64,000 nt of DNA from the human T2T-CHM13v2.0 reference genome, Homo sapiens. Positions 12,523-30,949 of this stretch are shown here, one piece after another. Within the stretch, counting starts at the first letter, position 1. Each line of letters opens with the position of its first letter. Where the stretch lies: assembly GCF_009914755.1 (NCBI RefSeq), contig NC_060947.1, one strand, 5' to 3'. A program made the position numbers and the translations under genes. Below the pieces are notes generated by a model. That model searched no databases. It saw only the letters and a list, made by a program, of their open reading frames with translations, and had not been told where the DNA came from.

Positions 12523-15500
12523 CACAGCTTCTTTATTCACTCGTTGATTGATGGGCATTGGGTTGGTTCCACGTTTTTGCAGTTGTGAATTGTGCTGCTA
12601 TAAACATGCATGTGCAAGTATCTTTTTCGTATAATGACTTATTTTCCCCTGGGTAGATACCCAGTAGTGGGATTGCTGGATCAAATGGTAGTTCTACTGT
12701 TAGTTCTTTAAGGAATTTCCACACTGTTTTCTATAGTGACTATACTAGTTTACAGAGGTGTTCCCTGATCACCACATCCATGCCAACATCTGTGTTTCTT
12801 TTTTTATTTTTTGATGATGGCCATTCTTGCAGGAATCAGGTAGTATCACATTGTGGTTTTGATTTGCATTTCCCTGATCATTAGTGATGTTGAGCATTTT
12901 TTTATATGTTTGTTGGCCATTTGTATATCTTCTTTTGAGAATTGTCTATTCATGTCCTTAGCCCACTTTTTGATGGAATCATTTATTTGTTTGTTTGTTT
13001 CTGATTTGTTTGAGTTAATTATGCATTCTGGATATTAGTCATTTTTCAGATGTATAGATTGTGAAGATTTTCTCAACTCTGTGAGTTGTCTGTTTACTCT
13101 ACTGACTCTTCCTTTTGCCATACAAAAGCTCTTTAGTTAAGTCCCAGGTATTTATCTATCTTTGTTTTTATTGCATTTGCTTTTGGGTTCTTGGTCATGA
13201 AATCCTTGCCTAAGCCAATTTCTAGAAGGGTTTTTCCAATGTTATCTTCCAGAATTTTTATAGTTTCTGGTCTTAGATTTAAGTCCTTGATCCATCTTGA
13301 GTTGATTTTTTTTATATAAAATGAGAGATGAGGATCCAGTTTCATTCTCCTACATGTGGCTAGCCAATTATCCCAGCACCATTTGTTGAAAGGGGTGTTC
13401 TTGCCCTACTTTATCTTTTTGTTTGCTTTGTCAAAGATAAGTTGGCTGTAAGTATTTCGGTTTATTTCTGGGTTCTCTTTTCTGTTCCATTGGTCAATGT
13501 GGCCATTTTTATACCAGTACCATGTTGTTTTTGTGACTATGGCTCTATAGTATAGTTTGAAATCAGGTAATGTGATGCCTCCAGATTTGTTCTTTTTGCT
13601 TAGTCTTTCTTTGGCTATACAGGCTCTTCTTTGGTTCCATATGAATTGTAGGATTGTGTTTTTTTTAATTCTGTGAAGAATGAGGGTGGTATTTTGATGG
13701 GAATTGTGATGAATTTGTAGATTGCTTTTGGCAGTATGGTCATTTTCACAATATTGATTCTACCCATCCATGAGCATGGGATGTGTTTTCATTTGTTTCT
13801 GTCATCTATGATTTTTTTCAGCAGGGTTTTGTAGTTTTCCTTGTAGAGGTCTTTAACAACCTTGGTTAGGTATATTCCTGAGTATTTTATTTTATTTTTT
13901 TGCAACTATTGTAAAGGGGATTGAGTTCTTGATCTGATTCTCAGCTTTGTCACTGTTGGTGTATAGAAGAGTTACTGATTTGTGTACATGAAATTTGTAT
14001 CCAGAAACTTTGCTGAATTTTTAAAATCAGTTTCAGGAGCTTTCTGGAAGAGTCTTTAGGGTTTTCTAGGTAAACAATCATATAATCAGCAAACAGCAAC
14101 AGTTTGACTTTCTCTTTACTGATTTGGATGCCCTTTATTTCTTTCTCTTGTCTGATTGTTCTGGCTAGGACTTCCAGCACTATGTTGAAGAGGAGTGGTG
14201 AGAGTGGGCATCCTTGTCTTGTTCCAGTTTTTAGAGGGAATGCTTTCAACTTTTCCCCATTCAGTATTATGTTGGCTGTGGGTTTGTCCTAGATGGCTTT
14301 TATTACATTGATGTACCTTATATGCTGATTTTGCTGGGAGTTTTAATCATAAAGGAAGCTGGATTTTGTTGAATCCTTTTTTTGCATCTGTTGATATGAT
14401 CATGTGATTTTTGTTTTTAATTCTGTTTATGTGGGGTATCACATTTATTGACTTGTGTATGTTAAACTGTCCCTGCATCCCTGGTATGACATCCACTTGA
14501 TCATGATGTGTTAACTTTTTGATATGTTATTGGATTCGTTTACCTAGTTTTTTTCTTTAGGATTTTACCATGTACGTTAATCAAGGATATTGGTCTGCAG
14601 TTGTTTTTTTGTTTTGTTTTGTTTGTTTGTTTGTTTGTTTTTGGTTATGCCTTTTCCCGATTTCTGTATTAGGGTGATACTGACTTCATAAAATGATTTA
14701 GGGAGGGTTTTCTCTCTATCCTGTGGAATAGTGTCAATAGGATTGGTACCAGTTCTTCTTCAAATGTCTGGTAGAATTCTGCTGTGAATCTTTCTGGTCC
14801 TGGCCTTTTTTTTTTTTTTTTTTTTTTTGGTAATTTTGTAATTACCATTTCAATCTTGCTGCTTGTTATTGGTGTTTTCAGAGTGTCTGTTTCTTCCTGA
14901 TTTAAGCTAGGAAGGTTGTGTCGTTCCAGCAATTTTTCCATCTCCTGTAGGTTTTCTAGTTCATGTGCATAAAGGTGTTCATAGTAGCCTTGAATGGACT
15001 TTTGTATTTCTGTGGTGTCATTTGTAATATCTCTTGTTTCATTTCTAATTGAGCTTATTTGGATTTTCTCTCTTCTTTTCTTGGTTAATCTTGCTAATGG
15101 TCTATAAATTTTATTTATCTTTTCCAAGAACCAGCTTTTTGTTTCATTTATCTTTTGCGGTTTTTTTTTTTTTTTTTCAGTTTCATTTAGCTCTGCTCTG
15201 ATCTTTGTTATTTCTTTTCTGCTGGGTTTGAATTTGGTTTGTTCTTGTTTCTCCAGTTCCTGGAGGTGTCCTCTAGATTCCTTGAGAATCTAAATTCCTT
15301 AGGATTCTGTTTATGCTCTTTTAGACTTTTTGATGTAAGCATTTAGGGCTATGAACTTACCTTTTAGCACCACCTTTGCTGTATCACAGAGATTTTGATA
15401 GGTTATTTCACTATTATCATTCAGTTCAAAGAATTTTGTAATTTCCATCATGATTTCATTTTTGACCCAATAATTATTCAGGAGCAGGTTATTTAATTTC

Positions 15501-18500
15501 CATGTATTTTCATGGTTTCGAAGGTTCCTTTTTGAGTTGATTTCCAGTTTTATTTCACTGTGGTTTGAGAGAGTGCTTGATATAATTTCAATTTTCTTTT
15601 ATCTACTGAGGCTCATTTTGTGGCCTATCATATGGTCTATCTTGGAGAAGTTTCCATGCACTATTGAACAGAATGTATATTGTCCAGTTGTTAGATAGAA
15701 TGTAGTGTATATATTTGTTAAGTCTATTTGTTTCAGTGTATAGTTTAAATCCGTTTTTTTTTTGTTTTTGTTGCCTTTCTGTCTTGATGACTTGTCTATT
15801 GCTGTCAGTGGAGTATTGAAGTCCCCCACTATTATTACTGTCTTACTGTCTATCTCATTTCTTAGGTCTATTAGTAATTGTTTTATAAATTTGGGAGCTC
15901 CAGTGTTAGGTGCATATGTGTGTAGGATTGTGATAGTTTCCTGTTGGGCAAGGCCTTTTATCATTATGTTATGTCCGACTTTTCCTTTTTTAACTGCTGT
16001 TGCTTTAAATTTTGTTTTGCCTGATATAAGAATAGCTACTTCTGCTCACTTTTTGTGTCCGTTTACATGGAATGTCAGTTTCTACCTTTTTACCTTAAAT
16101 GTATATGATACCTTATATGTTAGGTGAGTCTCGTGAAGGCAGCAGATGGTTGGTGAGTTCCTATCCATTCTGCAATTCTGTACATTTTAAGTGGAGCATT
16201 TAGGCCATTTACATTCAATATTAGTATTGAGATGTGAGGTACCATTCCATTCATTGTGCTATTTGTAGCCTGTATACCTTGGTTTTTTATTTTTTTGTTT
16301 TAAGTTGTATTTTTGCTTTATAGGTTTTGTGAGATTTATGCTTTTAAAATGTCCTTTTTTGATGTGTTTCCAGGATTTGTTTCATGATTTAGAGCTCCTT
16401 TTAAAGCAATTCTTGTAGTACCTGCTTGTTAATGGCAAATTTTCTCAGCATTTGTTTGTCTGAAAAAGACTTTTTCTTTCTTTCATTTATGAATCTTAGT
16501 TTTGCTGGATACAAAATACCTGGCTGATAATTGTTTTGCTTAAGGAGGCTGAAGATAAGGCCCCAATTCCTTCTAGCTTGTAGGGTTTCTGCGGAGAAAT
16601 CTGCTGTTAATCTGATAGATTTTATAGGTTACCTGGTGCTTTTGCCTGATAGCTCTTAATATTCTTTCTTTAATCTTATCTTTAGATATCCTGATGACCA
16701 TGTGCCTAGGTGATGATTTTTTTGCGATAAATTTCCCAGGTATTCTTTGTGCTTCTTGTATTTATATGTCTAGGTTTCTAGCAAGGCTGGGGAAGTTTTC
16801 CTCTATTATTCCCCCAAATATGTTTTCCAAACTTTTAGATTTCTCTTCTTTCTCAAGAATGGCAATTTTTTCTTAAGTTTGGTCATTCAACATAATCTCA
16901 GACTTCTTGGAGGCTTTGTTCATATTTTTTTTTCTTTGTTGGATTTGGTTAATTCAAAGACCTTGTCTTCGACCTCTGAAGTTCTTCTGCTTGTTGAATT
17001 CTATTGCTGAGACTTTCCAGAGCATTTTGCATTTCAATAAGTGTGTGCATTGTTTCCTGACATTTTGATTTTTTTATTTATGCTATCTCATTGAATATTT
17101 CTCCCTTCACTTCTTGTTTGTTTGTTTGTTTTTAATTTCCTTTTATTGGGCTTCACCTTTTTCTGGTGGCTCCCTGATTAGCTTAATAACTAACCTTCTA
17201 AATTCTTTTTCAGGGAAATCAGGGATTTCTTCATGGTTTGGATCCATTGCTGGTGAGCTAGTGCAATTTTTTTTGGTAGTGTTAAAGAAACTTGTTTAGT
17301 CACGTTACCAGAGTTGGTGTTTTGGTTCCTTCTCATTTGGGTAGACTGTCTGAGGGAAGGTCTAGGCCTGAAGGCTGTTGTTCAGATTCTTTTGTCCTAC
17401 AGGGTGTTCCCTTCATGTAGTATTCTCCCCATTTTCCAAGGGATGTGGCTTTCTGGGAGCCAAGCTGTAGTGATTGTTATCTCTCTTCTAGATCTAGCCA
17501 CCCAGTGAGTATACCAGGCTCTGGGTTGGTACTAGGGCTTGTCTGCACAGAGTCCTGTGATGTGAACTCTCTGTGGGTCTCTCAGCCCTGGATACCAGCA
17601 CCTACTCTGGTGGAGGTGACAGGGGGGCAAGATGGACTCTGAGAGTCCTTAGCTTTGGTTGCTTACTGCACTATTTTTGTGCTGGTTGGTCTCTTGTTGG
17701 AAAGTGGCTCTTTCAAGAGAGCATCAGCTGTAGTAGTATGGGGAGGAACATGTGGTGGGTGGGGCCCTAGAACTCCTAAGAGTATATGCCTTTTGTCTTC
17801 ATTTACCAAGGTGGGTAAGAAAGTACCATAAGGTGGGGACAGGGCTAGGCATGTTCGAGCTGAGACTCTCCTTGGGCAGGTCTTCTTGTGGCTGCTGTGG
17901 GTGATGGGGGTGAAGTTCCCAGATCAATGGAGTTATGTTCCTAGGAAGATTACGGCTGCCTTTACTTTGTCATGCATGTTGTCAGGGAAGTGGGGGAAAG
18001 CTGTCAGTCACAGGCCTCACCCAGCCCCCACTCAACCCAAAGGGCCAGTCTCACTCTCACCGTGCACCCCCCAACAACACGGAGTCTGTTTCCAGGCACT
18101 GAGCCAGCAGGGCTGAGAACTTGCCTCAGACTACTCACCTTCCAGTTGCGAAAGCAATTAAGGCTTTCATTCTTCTCCTGCCTGTGGAGTCTGCACACCA
18201 GATTCACGCCCTCCCCTGAGTTCTGGCCAGGAGACTTCTCAATCAGTTCAAATTGTTAACAGTGTTGAGCTAGAGGTTTCCTTCTCCCTGTGCCCTTTTC
18301 CCAGTGCCTCTGACTGCCCTCCCTAAGGACCCTTCTGAGGCAGGGCAGAAATGGCTTCTAGGGAACCCAGTGAGCCCACAGGCATTTTCCCACTCCTTTC
18401 TCTACCCTGTATTTCTCTTGGCTCTCTAAATTGACTCAGCTCCAAGTAAGGTCAGAATCTCTGTAACATAGACCTTCAGGTTTCCCAGTATTTGGGGTGT

Positions 18501-18682
18501 CTCCCTATTCCTGCAGGAACAGTCTGCTTTCTTCAGAGGGCCTGTGGGTTCTCTTGCCTTTACTAATGTATTTCTGCAGTTGTTATGGAGCAAAAGTTTA
18601 TGATGTAAGCCTCCACACACTGCTCTGTCTGTCTGAGTGGGAGCTGCAATCTAGTCCTGCCTCCCATCTGCCATGAGTCTCC
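11813..18682 (-). mobile_element. Full-length L1PB1-like element with target-site duplication
   Basis: L1PB 3' end (ttattggggaacaggtggtgtttggttacatgag); ORF2 fragments 13950..14249, 14669..15127, 15599..15964; 5'UTR to ~18680; TSD aggaat(t/g)tgttttta at 11798-11812 and 18683-18697. Confidence 0.9.
12200..12520. repeat. Complex alternating purine-pyrimidine repeat (TA/CA/CG) ending in (TA)n
   Basis: tatacacgtatatacatacacg-type units followed by a pure (AT)n tract. Confidence 0.92.
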
Positions 18683-20471
18683 AGGAATGTGTTTTTAAAT
18701 TTCTACTTCTTGTGAATTTCCTAAATTTTGTTCTGTTCTTGTTTTCTAATTTCTTTTCACTGTGGTTGGATAGCCTATTTCATATGAATCCAGTCTGTTT
18801 AAATTTACTGATTCTTGTTTTATTGCCTAATATGTGATCTATCATGCAGAATATTTTGTGTACACTTGAGAAGAATGAGTACTCTGATAGTGGCTGGAGC
18901 ATTCTAAAGATGACTAATTGAAAATGGGGTATTGAAGCCATCAACTATTATTGTTCAGTTGGCCACTTGTCACTTTAATTCAGTCTGTTTTCTTCATTTA
19001 CTGTGGGGCTCTTTTATTAGGTGCATTTTTTTAATTTTTATTTTTTCGGGTATATAGTTGGTGTATATATTTATGGGATACATGAGACTTTGATATGGAC
19101 ATACAATGTTTAATAATCACATCAGTAGATAGGGTATCAATCACCTCAAGCTTTTATTTCTTTTGTTACAGACAATCCAGTTATACTCTTTTATTTTTAA
19201 ATGTGCACTAAATTATTGTTGACTGTAGTCACCCTCTTGTACTATCACATACTACATCTTATTCATTCTATCTAATTATATTTTTGTACCCATTAACCAT
19301 CCCTAAGTCCCCCCTCCACTACTATTTCCAACCTCTTGTAACCATCATTCTACTCTCTGTCTCCATGAGTTCAGTTGTTCTAAAGTTTAGCTCCCACAAA
19401 TAAGTGAGAACAAGTGAAGTTTATCTTTCTGTGTCTGGCTTATTTCATGTGATGTCCTCCATTTCCATCCATGTTGCTGCAAATAATAGGATCTCATTCT
19501 TTTATGGCTGAATAGTACTCCATTGTGTATTTGTGTCACATTTACTTTATCCTTTCGTTGTTGATGGACACTTGGGTTGCTTGCAAATCTTGTCTATGTG
19601 AATAGTGCTGTAATAAGCATGGGAGTGCAGTTATCTCTTTGGTATACTGACTTGCTCTCTTTTGGGTATAGACCTAACAGTGGGACTATTGGGTCATGTG
19701 CTAGTTCTATTTTTAGTCTTTTGAGGAACCTGCAAACTGTTCTCCATAGTGCTAGTACTAATTTACATTCCCACCAACAGTGTGCAAGGATTCCCTTTTC
19801 TCCACGATCTTGCCAGAATTTGTTATTGCCTGACATTTGGATGAAAGTCATTTTAACTGGGGTTAGGTGATATCTCATTGTAGTTAGTTTTGATTTGCAT
19901 TTCTTGGTTGATCAGTGATGTTGAGCACCTCTTCATATGCCTGTTTGCCATTTGTATGTCTTCTTTTGAGAAATGTCTATGCAAATATTTTGCCCAATTT
20001 TTAATTGGATTATGAGATTTTTTCCTATATTGTTGTTTGAGTTTCTTATGTATTTTGATTATTGATTCCTTCTGAGATGGAGAGTTTGCAGGGTTTTTTT
20101 TTTTTTCCCATTCTGTGGTTTGTCTCGTAATTTTGATGATTGCTTCCTTTGCTGTGCAGAAACTTTTTAACTCAATGTGATCCAATTTGTCAATTTTTTC
20201 TTACGTTGCCTGCGCTTGTGGCAGTATTACTCAAGAAATTTTTCCCCACTCCAGAATGTCCTGGAGAGTTTCCCCAATGTTTACTTTTAGTAGTTTCATA
20301 AGTTGAGGTTTTAGATTTATTTAATTCTTTAATACATTTTAATTTGATTTTTGTATATAGTGAGAGGTAGGGGTCTAGTTTCACCCTTCTGTATATGGAA
20401 ATTCAGCTTTCCCAGCACTGTTTATTGAAAAGACTGTACATTTTTGGCACCTTTCTCAAAAATGAGTTCAC

Positions 20472-24060
<3,589 letters not shown>

Positions 24061-26114
24061 AAAAATGAGTTCACTTTAGTTGTATGGATTCATTTCTGGG
24101 TTGTCCAATCTGCTCCATTGTTTTATGTGTCTGTTTTTATGCCAGTACTACACTGTTTTGGTTACTATAGCTTTGTAATTTGAAGTTAGGTAATTTGATT
24201 CCTCCAGTTTTCCTCTTTTTGCTCAGCATAGCTTTGGGAATTCTGAGTCTTTTATGCTTCCATATAAATTTTAGGGTTTTATTTCTGCTTCTGTGAGGGA
24301 TGTCATTGGTATTTTGATAGGGTTAGTATTGAGTCTGTAGATTGCTTTGGGTAGTATGGGCATTTTAACAATATTGATTCTTCCAATCTATGACATGGAA
24401 TATCTTTCCATTTTTTGTGTGTGTCCTCTTCAATGTCTTGCATCTATGTTTTATAGTTTTCATCACAGAGGTCTTTCACTTTGGTTAATTTTATTACTAT
24501 GTACTTTATTTTATTTGTAGCTATTGTAAATGAGATTACTTTAAATTTCTTTTTTCAGATTGTTTGCTGTTGGCATATAGAAATGATACTGATTTTTGCA
24601 TGTTGATTTTGTATTCTGCCACTTTACTGAATTTGTTCATCAGTTCTAATAGTTTTTTTTGGTGGAATCTTTAGGTTTTTCCAAATTTAAGATCATATTA
24701 ACTGCAAACAAGGATAATATGACTTCTTTATTTCCAATTTAAATGCCTTTTATTTGTTTATCTTGTCTGATTTCTCAAGCTAGGACTCCCAGTACTGTGT
24801 TGAATAACAGTTGTGAAAGTGGGCGTCCTTGTCTTATTCCCGATCTTAGAGAAAAGGCTTTCAATGATATAGTTTTTATAATTGTTGTATCTTCTTGATG
24901 AATTGACTCTTTCTTCATTATAAAATGTCCTTCTTTCTCTATAAATAACTTTTATTGTTAGTTTAAAATCTATCTTCTGTGGTATAAGTATAGTCATTCA
25001 TCTTATTGTTGTTTTTCATCCTTTCGCTTTCAACCAGTTATTATCTTTGAATTTAGTGTGTGTGTCATAGAAAGTATAAAATTGGATGTCGTTTTTTTTT
25101 TGTGATGTTATCTGCTTTTAGATTGGATTGTTCAATCTGGTGACATTAATGTTATTATTGATATAGTTGGATTGACATCTGTGATTTTGCTTTTCGTTTT
25201 CTGTCTCATGTCATTTTTGTTCCTTTTTTACTGTATTCTTTTAAGTTAATTGAATATATTTTTAGTGTAAGCTTTTAATTCTGTTGATTATTTTAAAATT
25301 GTATTTTTAGTTATTTTCTTAGAGTTTCTGTCTAGGGCTTACAATACACATTTTAATTTATCAAAATTTCCTTCAGATTTGTATTAACTTAATTTCAGTG
25401 AAGTATAGATATTTACTCCTATAAACTCTATCCCCTTTTGCCATTTTCATGCTATTATAATTATACGTATGGCATCTATATATATTACAAATCCATAAGT
25501 ACATTGTTTTAATTATAACATTATATAGTATGTCTTTTAAAGAGACTATGAGAATAGAGCAGAACACAAATATAGAGTTTTTATAATATGTATATTCTTC
25601 TTTACCCTTTTGGCTCTCTTCATTTATTTCTGTGGAACTGAGTTACCATCTTCTGTCATTTCCTTATGACAGTACTGCTCTATGCCCTTAGGGAAAACTT
25701 CCAGAAATTTAACTTGTGTTTTAAATAATTTTCTTTGTTGAATTGTTTTGTTGTATCAAAGACTGCCATGTTCCTCACTCTTCCATTACAAAAGCTCAGC
25801 ATGGTTGCCTTTTACAATAAAGTAAATCTTATTTCCTGTACAAATTTAAAAGCTTTGACATACAAAATCATTTAACTGACTGAGATTTTAAAAATCTTTG
25901 AGCTTTTAATTTGTATTACTACTCGAGTAATGTATTGGAAGGGGCAGAGAGACAGTAATGGGCACATGTTTTTAGCACTTTCATTTTCCTTCTCCTACTT
26001 TTGAGTAAAGTACAATGGCTATAGAACTTGTATAGAACACCTTTCTCTTCTCCCTTTTTTTATCCAAGTCCCAATTGTGTTATTGTGACTGGGCATCATG
26101 AAAGTTGTGCATCT

Positions 26115-27040
26115 ACTCTGGGCACTCTGCTAGGTACTCTGCATATATAATTTCACTTAATCTTCACAATAGCCCTGAAAAGTAGGTACGAGGGTTAATT
26201 TTACGTGCCAGCTAGACTATGATGCCTAGTAGTTTGGACACCAGTCCAGACGTTCCTGTAAAGGTGTTCTTTAGGTATGATTAACATTTAAATTAATATA
26301 CTTTGTAAAACAGATTACCCTTCATAAAGGTGAGCAGACCTCATTCAATCATGTGAAAGCCTTAAGAGAAAAAGGTTGAGGCCCACTGAGGAAGCAGCAA
26401 CTCTGCTTCCAGACTGCTTGCAGACTCAAGACTACAACGTAAACTCTGGAATTTTCAGCCAGCCAGCTTCCTCTGCAGATTTCAAACTTGCCAGCCTCCA
26501 CAATTGTGTAAGCCAGTTCCTTAAAATGTATCTTTTAAATTAATTTCTTACATGAATCTCTCTTTCCTTTCTCTCTTGCTATATATGTATACATAGACAT
26601 ATATATTTAATACAGATAGAAATATATACATATCTATGTATATCTACATAAATATATATCTTTGTTGATATGTAGACATTGATCAATATACATAGATACA
26701 TAGATGCATGTCTTTATAGATGTATAGATATCTATATGAACATAGATATGCATATAGAACATGTATGAACATAAATATAGCTATCTGTTCCTATATATCT
26801 ATACCCATAGATATATAGATATTGATATTTATATATATATAGAGAGAGATTTATATATATGTAGTTATTTACATATCTATCTGTTTATCTGGAGAACCTT
26901 GGCTAATACTGTAGATATTATTATCTCTACATTTTTGATGGAGAAACTGAAATTATGTAACCTTTCCAGGGTTACACAGCTGGGAAATAGCAGTTCTCTA
27001 AATATTAATAACTCTAAAATCTGTGTTTTTGCCACTCACT
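26115..27040 (-). mobile_element. MIR split by an MLT2 LTR
   Basis: MIR core motifs (cacttaatcttcacaatagccctg ... gagaaactgaaattatgtaacctttccagggttacacagc) on both sides of the LTR. Confidence 0.6.
26187..26910 (-). mobile_element. MLT2 (ERVL) solo LTR with internal TA-rich expansion (26560-26880)
   Basis: gttaattttacgtgccagctagact start and ctggagaaccttggctaatac end, typical of MLT2; orientation less certain than family. Confidence 0.75.
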
Positions 27041-28087
27041 GCCATTCCTCTTAAAGTGAGGCTGAACGGAACCATTTTCCCTGCTTCTCTCTACCCCTAA
27101 ATTCTCTTTAGATGACCATATATAAAATAAATACATTCCTGAACACTGACTATAAAGTCAAATTCTTGGGCACAAACACTTTTTTTATTTACTTAAATTT
27201 AAAAATTACATCCTGGTCTTACTGAATGCTGCAGTTTCTGTGGCAGCAGGAAGTCTAAACTTTGAAATAGAATTTTAAGGCAAATACTACAAACAAGTAA
27301 CTTAGATAAACAAATCAGAGAAGGTACAGATTTTACCTCAACTGTTTATCTTGTATAATTTTAATCTAGCTCTTTATTCACAAAGCATTTTGATACTTAT
27401 ATTGGTTTTATCAGCTCCATCAATAAAAATAAGTCAAATGAAGAATTGGACTGACAGTTTCTGGACTGGCTTGAAGAGGTGAAGTCAGTTAAAATAATCA
27501 AACAGGTTTGTTTATGTTGATGATACTTGAACGAAATAGTGGATAGTTTTATTTCCTTTCAGTTTTTTTACTATATATATTGGAAATATATACAGATCAC
27601 ATTTCTCTATTTCACATCTCTCTAAGTGTTAGTAAAGTGTTAAGCAGAAGATTTGGGGAAGCATGTGTTTATTAAATTTATAATAACTAGCTTGGAGTGG
27701 AGGTGGGAAAAACACAAATTAACATCTGGTTTAATGACTGACTCCTCAGCAAATGGGACAACAGTCTACATGGTTAATGGCCAATGGACATTTCAACTCA
27801 ATTCTACTTTTTTTTTGTTGTTTCCTACAATGTATCTGCCACGATGCTATGCTTTGGGAATGTATAATTAAGGAAGAAGACATTCTGGGTCATCAAAAAA
27901 CTCAGTCTTAAAATCAAATTCTCTACATTTTGTAATGTTTAAGTTGTAAAGTGCTACTGTCAATAGTAATTATAATTATTCACTGATTTGACCCATATTT
28001 TTAATTGTATACTATGTAGCAGGCACTTCGTTAGAGAATGAGAATACTATTATGAACAACACATTATGCCTACTTTTAGAAACTGAT

Positions 28088-30655
28088 TGCTGTGGTTTGG
28101 ATATGGTTTGTTTGTTCCTACCAAAACTGATCTTGAAATTTGGCCTCCAATGTGGCAGTGTTGAGAAATGGTGACTAGTGAGAGGTGTTTGGATCATGAG
28201 GGATGACCCATCATGAAGGGCTTAGTGCCATTCTGACAGTAGTCAATGAGTTTTCTCTCTGGTGAGATTGAATTATTTCTTATGGTAATGGATTAGTTTA
28301 GTTCTCATGGAAATGAGTTCATTACCTCAAAAGTGGGCTGTTAATAAAGCCATAATGCCCTTTGGGTTTTGCCTCTTTGTACGTGTCTATTTCCCCTTTG
28401 ACCTTCTCTGCCACGTTATGACCACGTAGTATGAAATCCCTCATCAGAAGCCAGAGCTATGCCCTTGAACTTCCCATCATGCGGAACTGTGAAGTAAATA
28501 AACCTCTTTTCATTATATATTACTCAGCCTCAGGTATTCTGTTACAGCAACACTAAATTGACTAAGGCATAAAATTGGTACCAAGGAGTGGATTGTTACT
28601 ATAAAGATACCTGCAAATGGGGAAGTGGCTTTGAACTGGGTAAAGGGCAGAAGTTGGAAGAGTTTGAAAGAGCAGGCTAGAAGGAGATGGTATTGCAGCA
28701 ATGGGAGCATTAGGGTGCTTTTGGTAAGTACTCAAAAGAAGACTAAAAAAATGAGGGAAAGTTTGCAACTTTTTAGAGATTGGGTAAGTGGTAGTGACTA
28801 AAATTAGACAGTAAAGGATATTCTGATGAGATTTCAGATGAAAATGAGTATTTATTTGAAAAGTAGAACAAAGGTCACTCTTGTTATAAAGTTGCAAAGA
28901 ATTTGGCTGCATTATGTCTATGCTCTACAGCTTTGTGGAAGGCCAAACCTAAGAATAATGACCTAGCATGTCTGATGGAAGAAATTTCTAAGCAGCAAAG
29001 TGCTCAAGAATTAGTGTGGTTACTTTTAATAGCTTATGATTAGTTAAGGCATCAAAGGAATGACCTAAGAGCCAGAATTTATAATTAAAAATGAAGCAGA
29101 TCATAAAAATTTGGAAATTTCATAGCCTGGCCTTGTGGTAGAGAATAAAAGGGAATTTTAAGGAGAGGAATCAAGACTGGCTGAGCAACGGATTGCTAAA
29201 GAAGTTAGCAGGGCTAAAAGGGAGACAGGTGCAAATAGTCAAAACAATTAGAAGGCTACACCGGCATTTGAAGATCTTCATGGCTGTCCTTTCCAACACA
29301 AGCCCAGAGGCCTGGAAGGGCAGAATGGTTTTCTAGGATGAACCTGGGGCACTACTGCCTTACATCAACTCAGGATGCTGCTCCCCAAATCTCAACCCAT
29401 CTGGGTAGATCAGTCATCACTTTAACAGCCTCAGGTATGGCTCAGACCACTGCTCCAGAGGGCCAAAGTAGTAAGTCTTGATGGTTTCCATATGGTACTA
29501 AGTCTACAAGTGCCTAGAATACAAGAGTCATGGAGGCTAGGTGGCTTCCACCTAGATTTCAGAGGATATATCTGAAAGCCTGGGAGCCCATCCAGAAACT
29601 TGCTACAGGGTGGAGCCACCGCAGGAAATCACTACTAGGGCACTACCTAGTGGAGCCATAGGGGCAGAGCCACCACTGGGCCCCCAGAATAGTAGAGCCA
29701 CAGGCAGTGTGCAATACCAGCTAGGAAAAGTCACAGGCATTCAACTCCAACTTGTGAGAGCAGCCACGTGGGCTACATCCTGGAAACCTATGTGGGCAGG
29801 TCTTCCGAGGGTCTTGGGAGCCCACCCCTCACACCAGTGTGCCCAAGATGTAGGACATCGATGTCAAAGGAGATTGTTCTGGAGCTTTAAGATGTAATAT
29901 AATCCCAGCAGTTAGAAAGGCCAAGGCAATAGGGTCACATGCGCCCAGGAGTTCAAGACCTTCCTGGGCAACATAGGGAGACCCTGTCTCTGTGAAAAGT
30001 AAAACAAATTAGCCTGGCATGGTGGCACACACCTGTGATCCTAGCTACTTAAGATGCTGAGGTAGGAGGGTCAGTAGGGTCCAGGAGATTGAGGCTGCAG
30101 TGAGCCATGATCGTGCCACTGCACTCCAGTCTGGGTGACAGAGCAAGACTCTGTCTCAAAAAAAGAAAAAAAAAAGGATTTAATTCTGCATGTCTGCCCT
30201 GCTGGGTTTCAGATTTACATGGGGCTTATTTTTTTTTTTTTTTTTTGGCCTATTTCTCCCTTTTGGAATGGGAAAGTCTACCAAATATCTGTCCCACCAT
30301 TATATCTTGGAAGTAAATAACTTGCTTTTTATTTTATAGGCTCATAGCTGAAAGGAACTTGCCTGAGTCTTCAATGAGACTGGATTTTGGACTTTAGAGT
30401 TAATGCTGGGACAAGTTAAGACTTTTGAGACTACTGAGATGAAATGACGTATGTGAGAAGAATATGAGTTGAGGGGGAGGGGAAGAATGCTTTGGTTTGG
30501 ATAGCATTTGGATGATTGCTTTGGTCCCACCACAACACCTTGAAATTTGGTCCCCAGTGTGGCAGTGTTGGGAGGAGGGGCCTAGTGAAAGGTGTTTGGG
30601 AAATGGAGGAGGATTCCTCGTGAAAGGCTTGGTGCTATTCTTATAGTAGTGAATG
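28088..30655 (+). mobile_element. MST (MSTB-like) MaLR provirus: 5' LTR 28088-28569, internal region, truncated 3' LTR 30488-30655
   Basis: Two similar LTR starts (tgctgtggtttggatatgg / tgctttggtttggatagc), aaattggtacc start of the internal region, and a purine tract gagggggaggggaagaa before the 3' LTR. Confidence 0.85.
29900..30175 (+). mobile_element. AluJ (slightly 5'-truncated) in the MST internal region
   Basis: Two-arm Alu with J-type motifs (cccaggagttcaagacc, gaggctgcagtgagccatgatc) and A tail. Confidence 0.9.
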
Positions 30656-30949
30656 TTTTTTGTCATTTATTAATGTGCTTTACATTTATTTGATGTGTTC
30701 CTTGTTTTTTTATATTTATGTTACATTGTTTGGAATTGGAAAGGAATTTAAGAGATCATTTGGCCCAGGGATACAAAATGTCTTACATAAAAGCTTCCAC
30801 ACTTATTCCCTTGTCCGTGCCAGATACTGTTTAAATGATTATAGTGATCTTTCCTATGGAGTCTCAGAATTCTTCTGAACACATTACTTTAGGAAGATGC
30901 TACCAATCATTAGATCTGGCACAGGAGTTAAAACCTATTTGCTACTTCA

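Noticed and set aside
12099-12558. Tyr/Ile/Val-rich ORFs and a CRISPR-like or coding repeat array
   Set aside because: These are translations of simple dinucleotide-type repeats, with no unique spacers. The same applies to ORFs at 3017-3336, 11697 and 26761.
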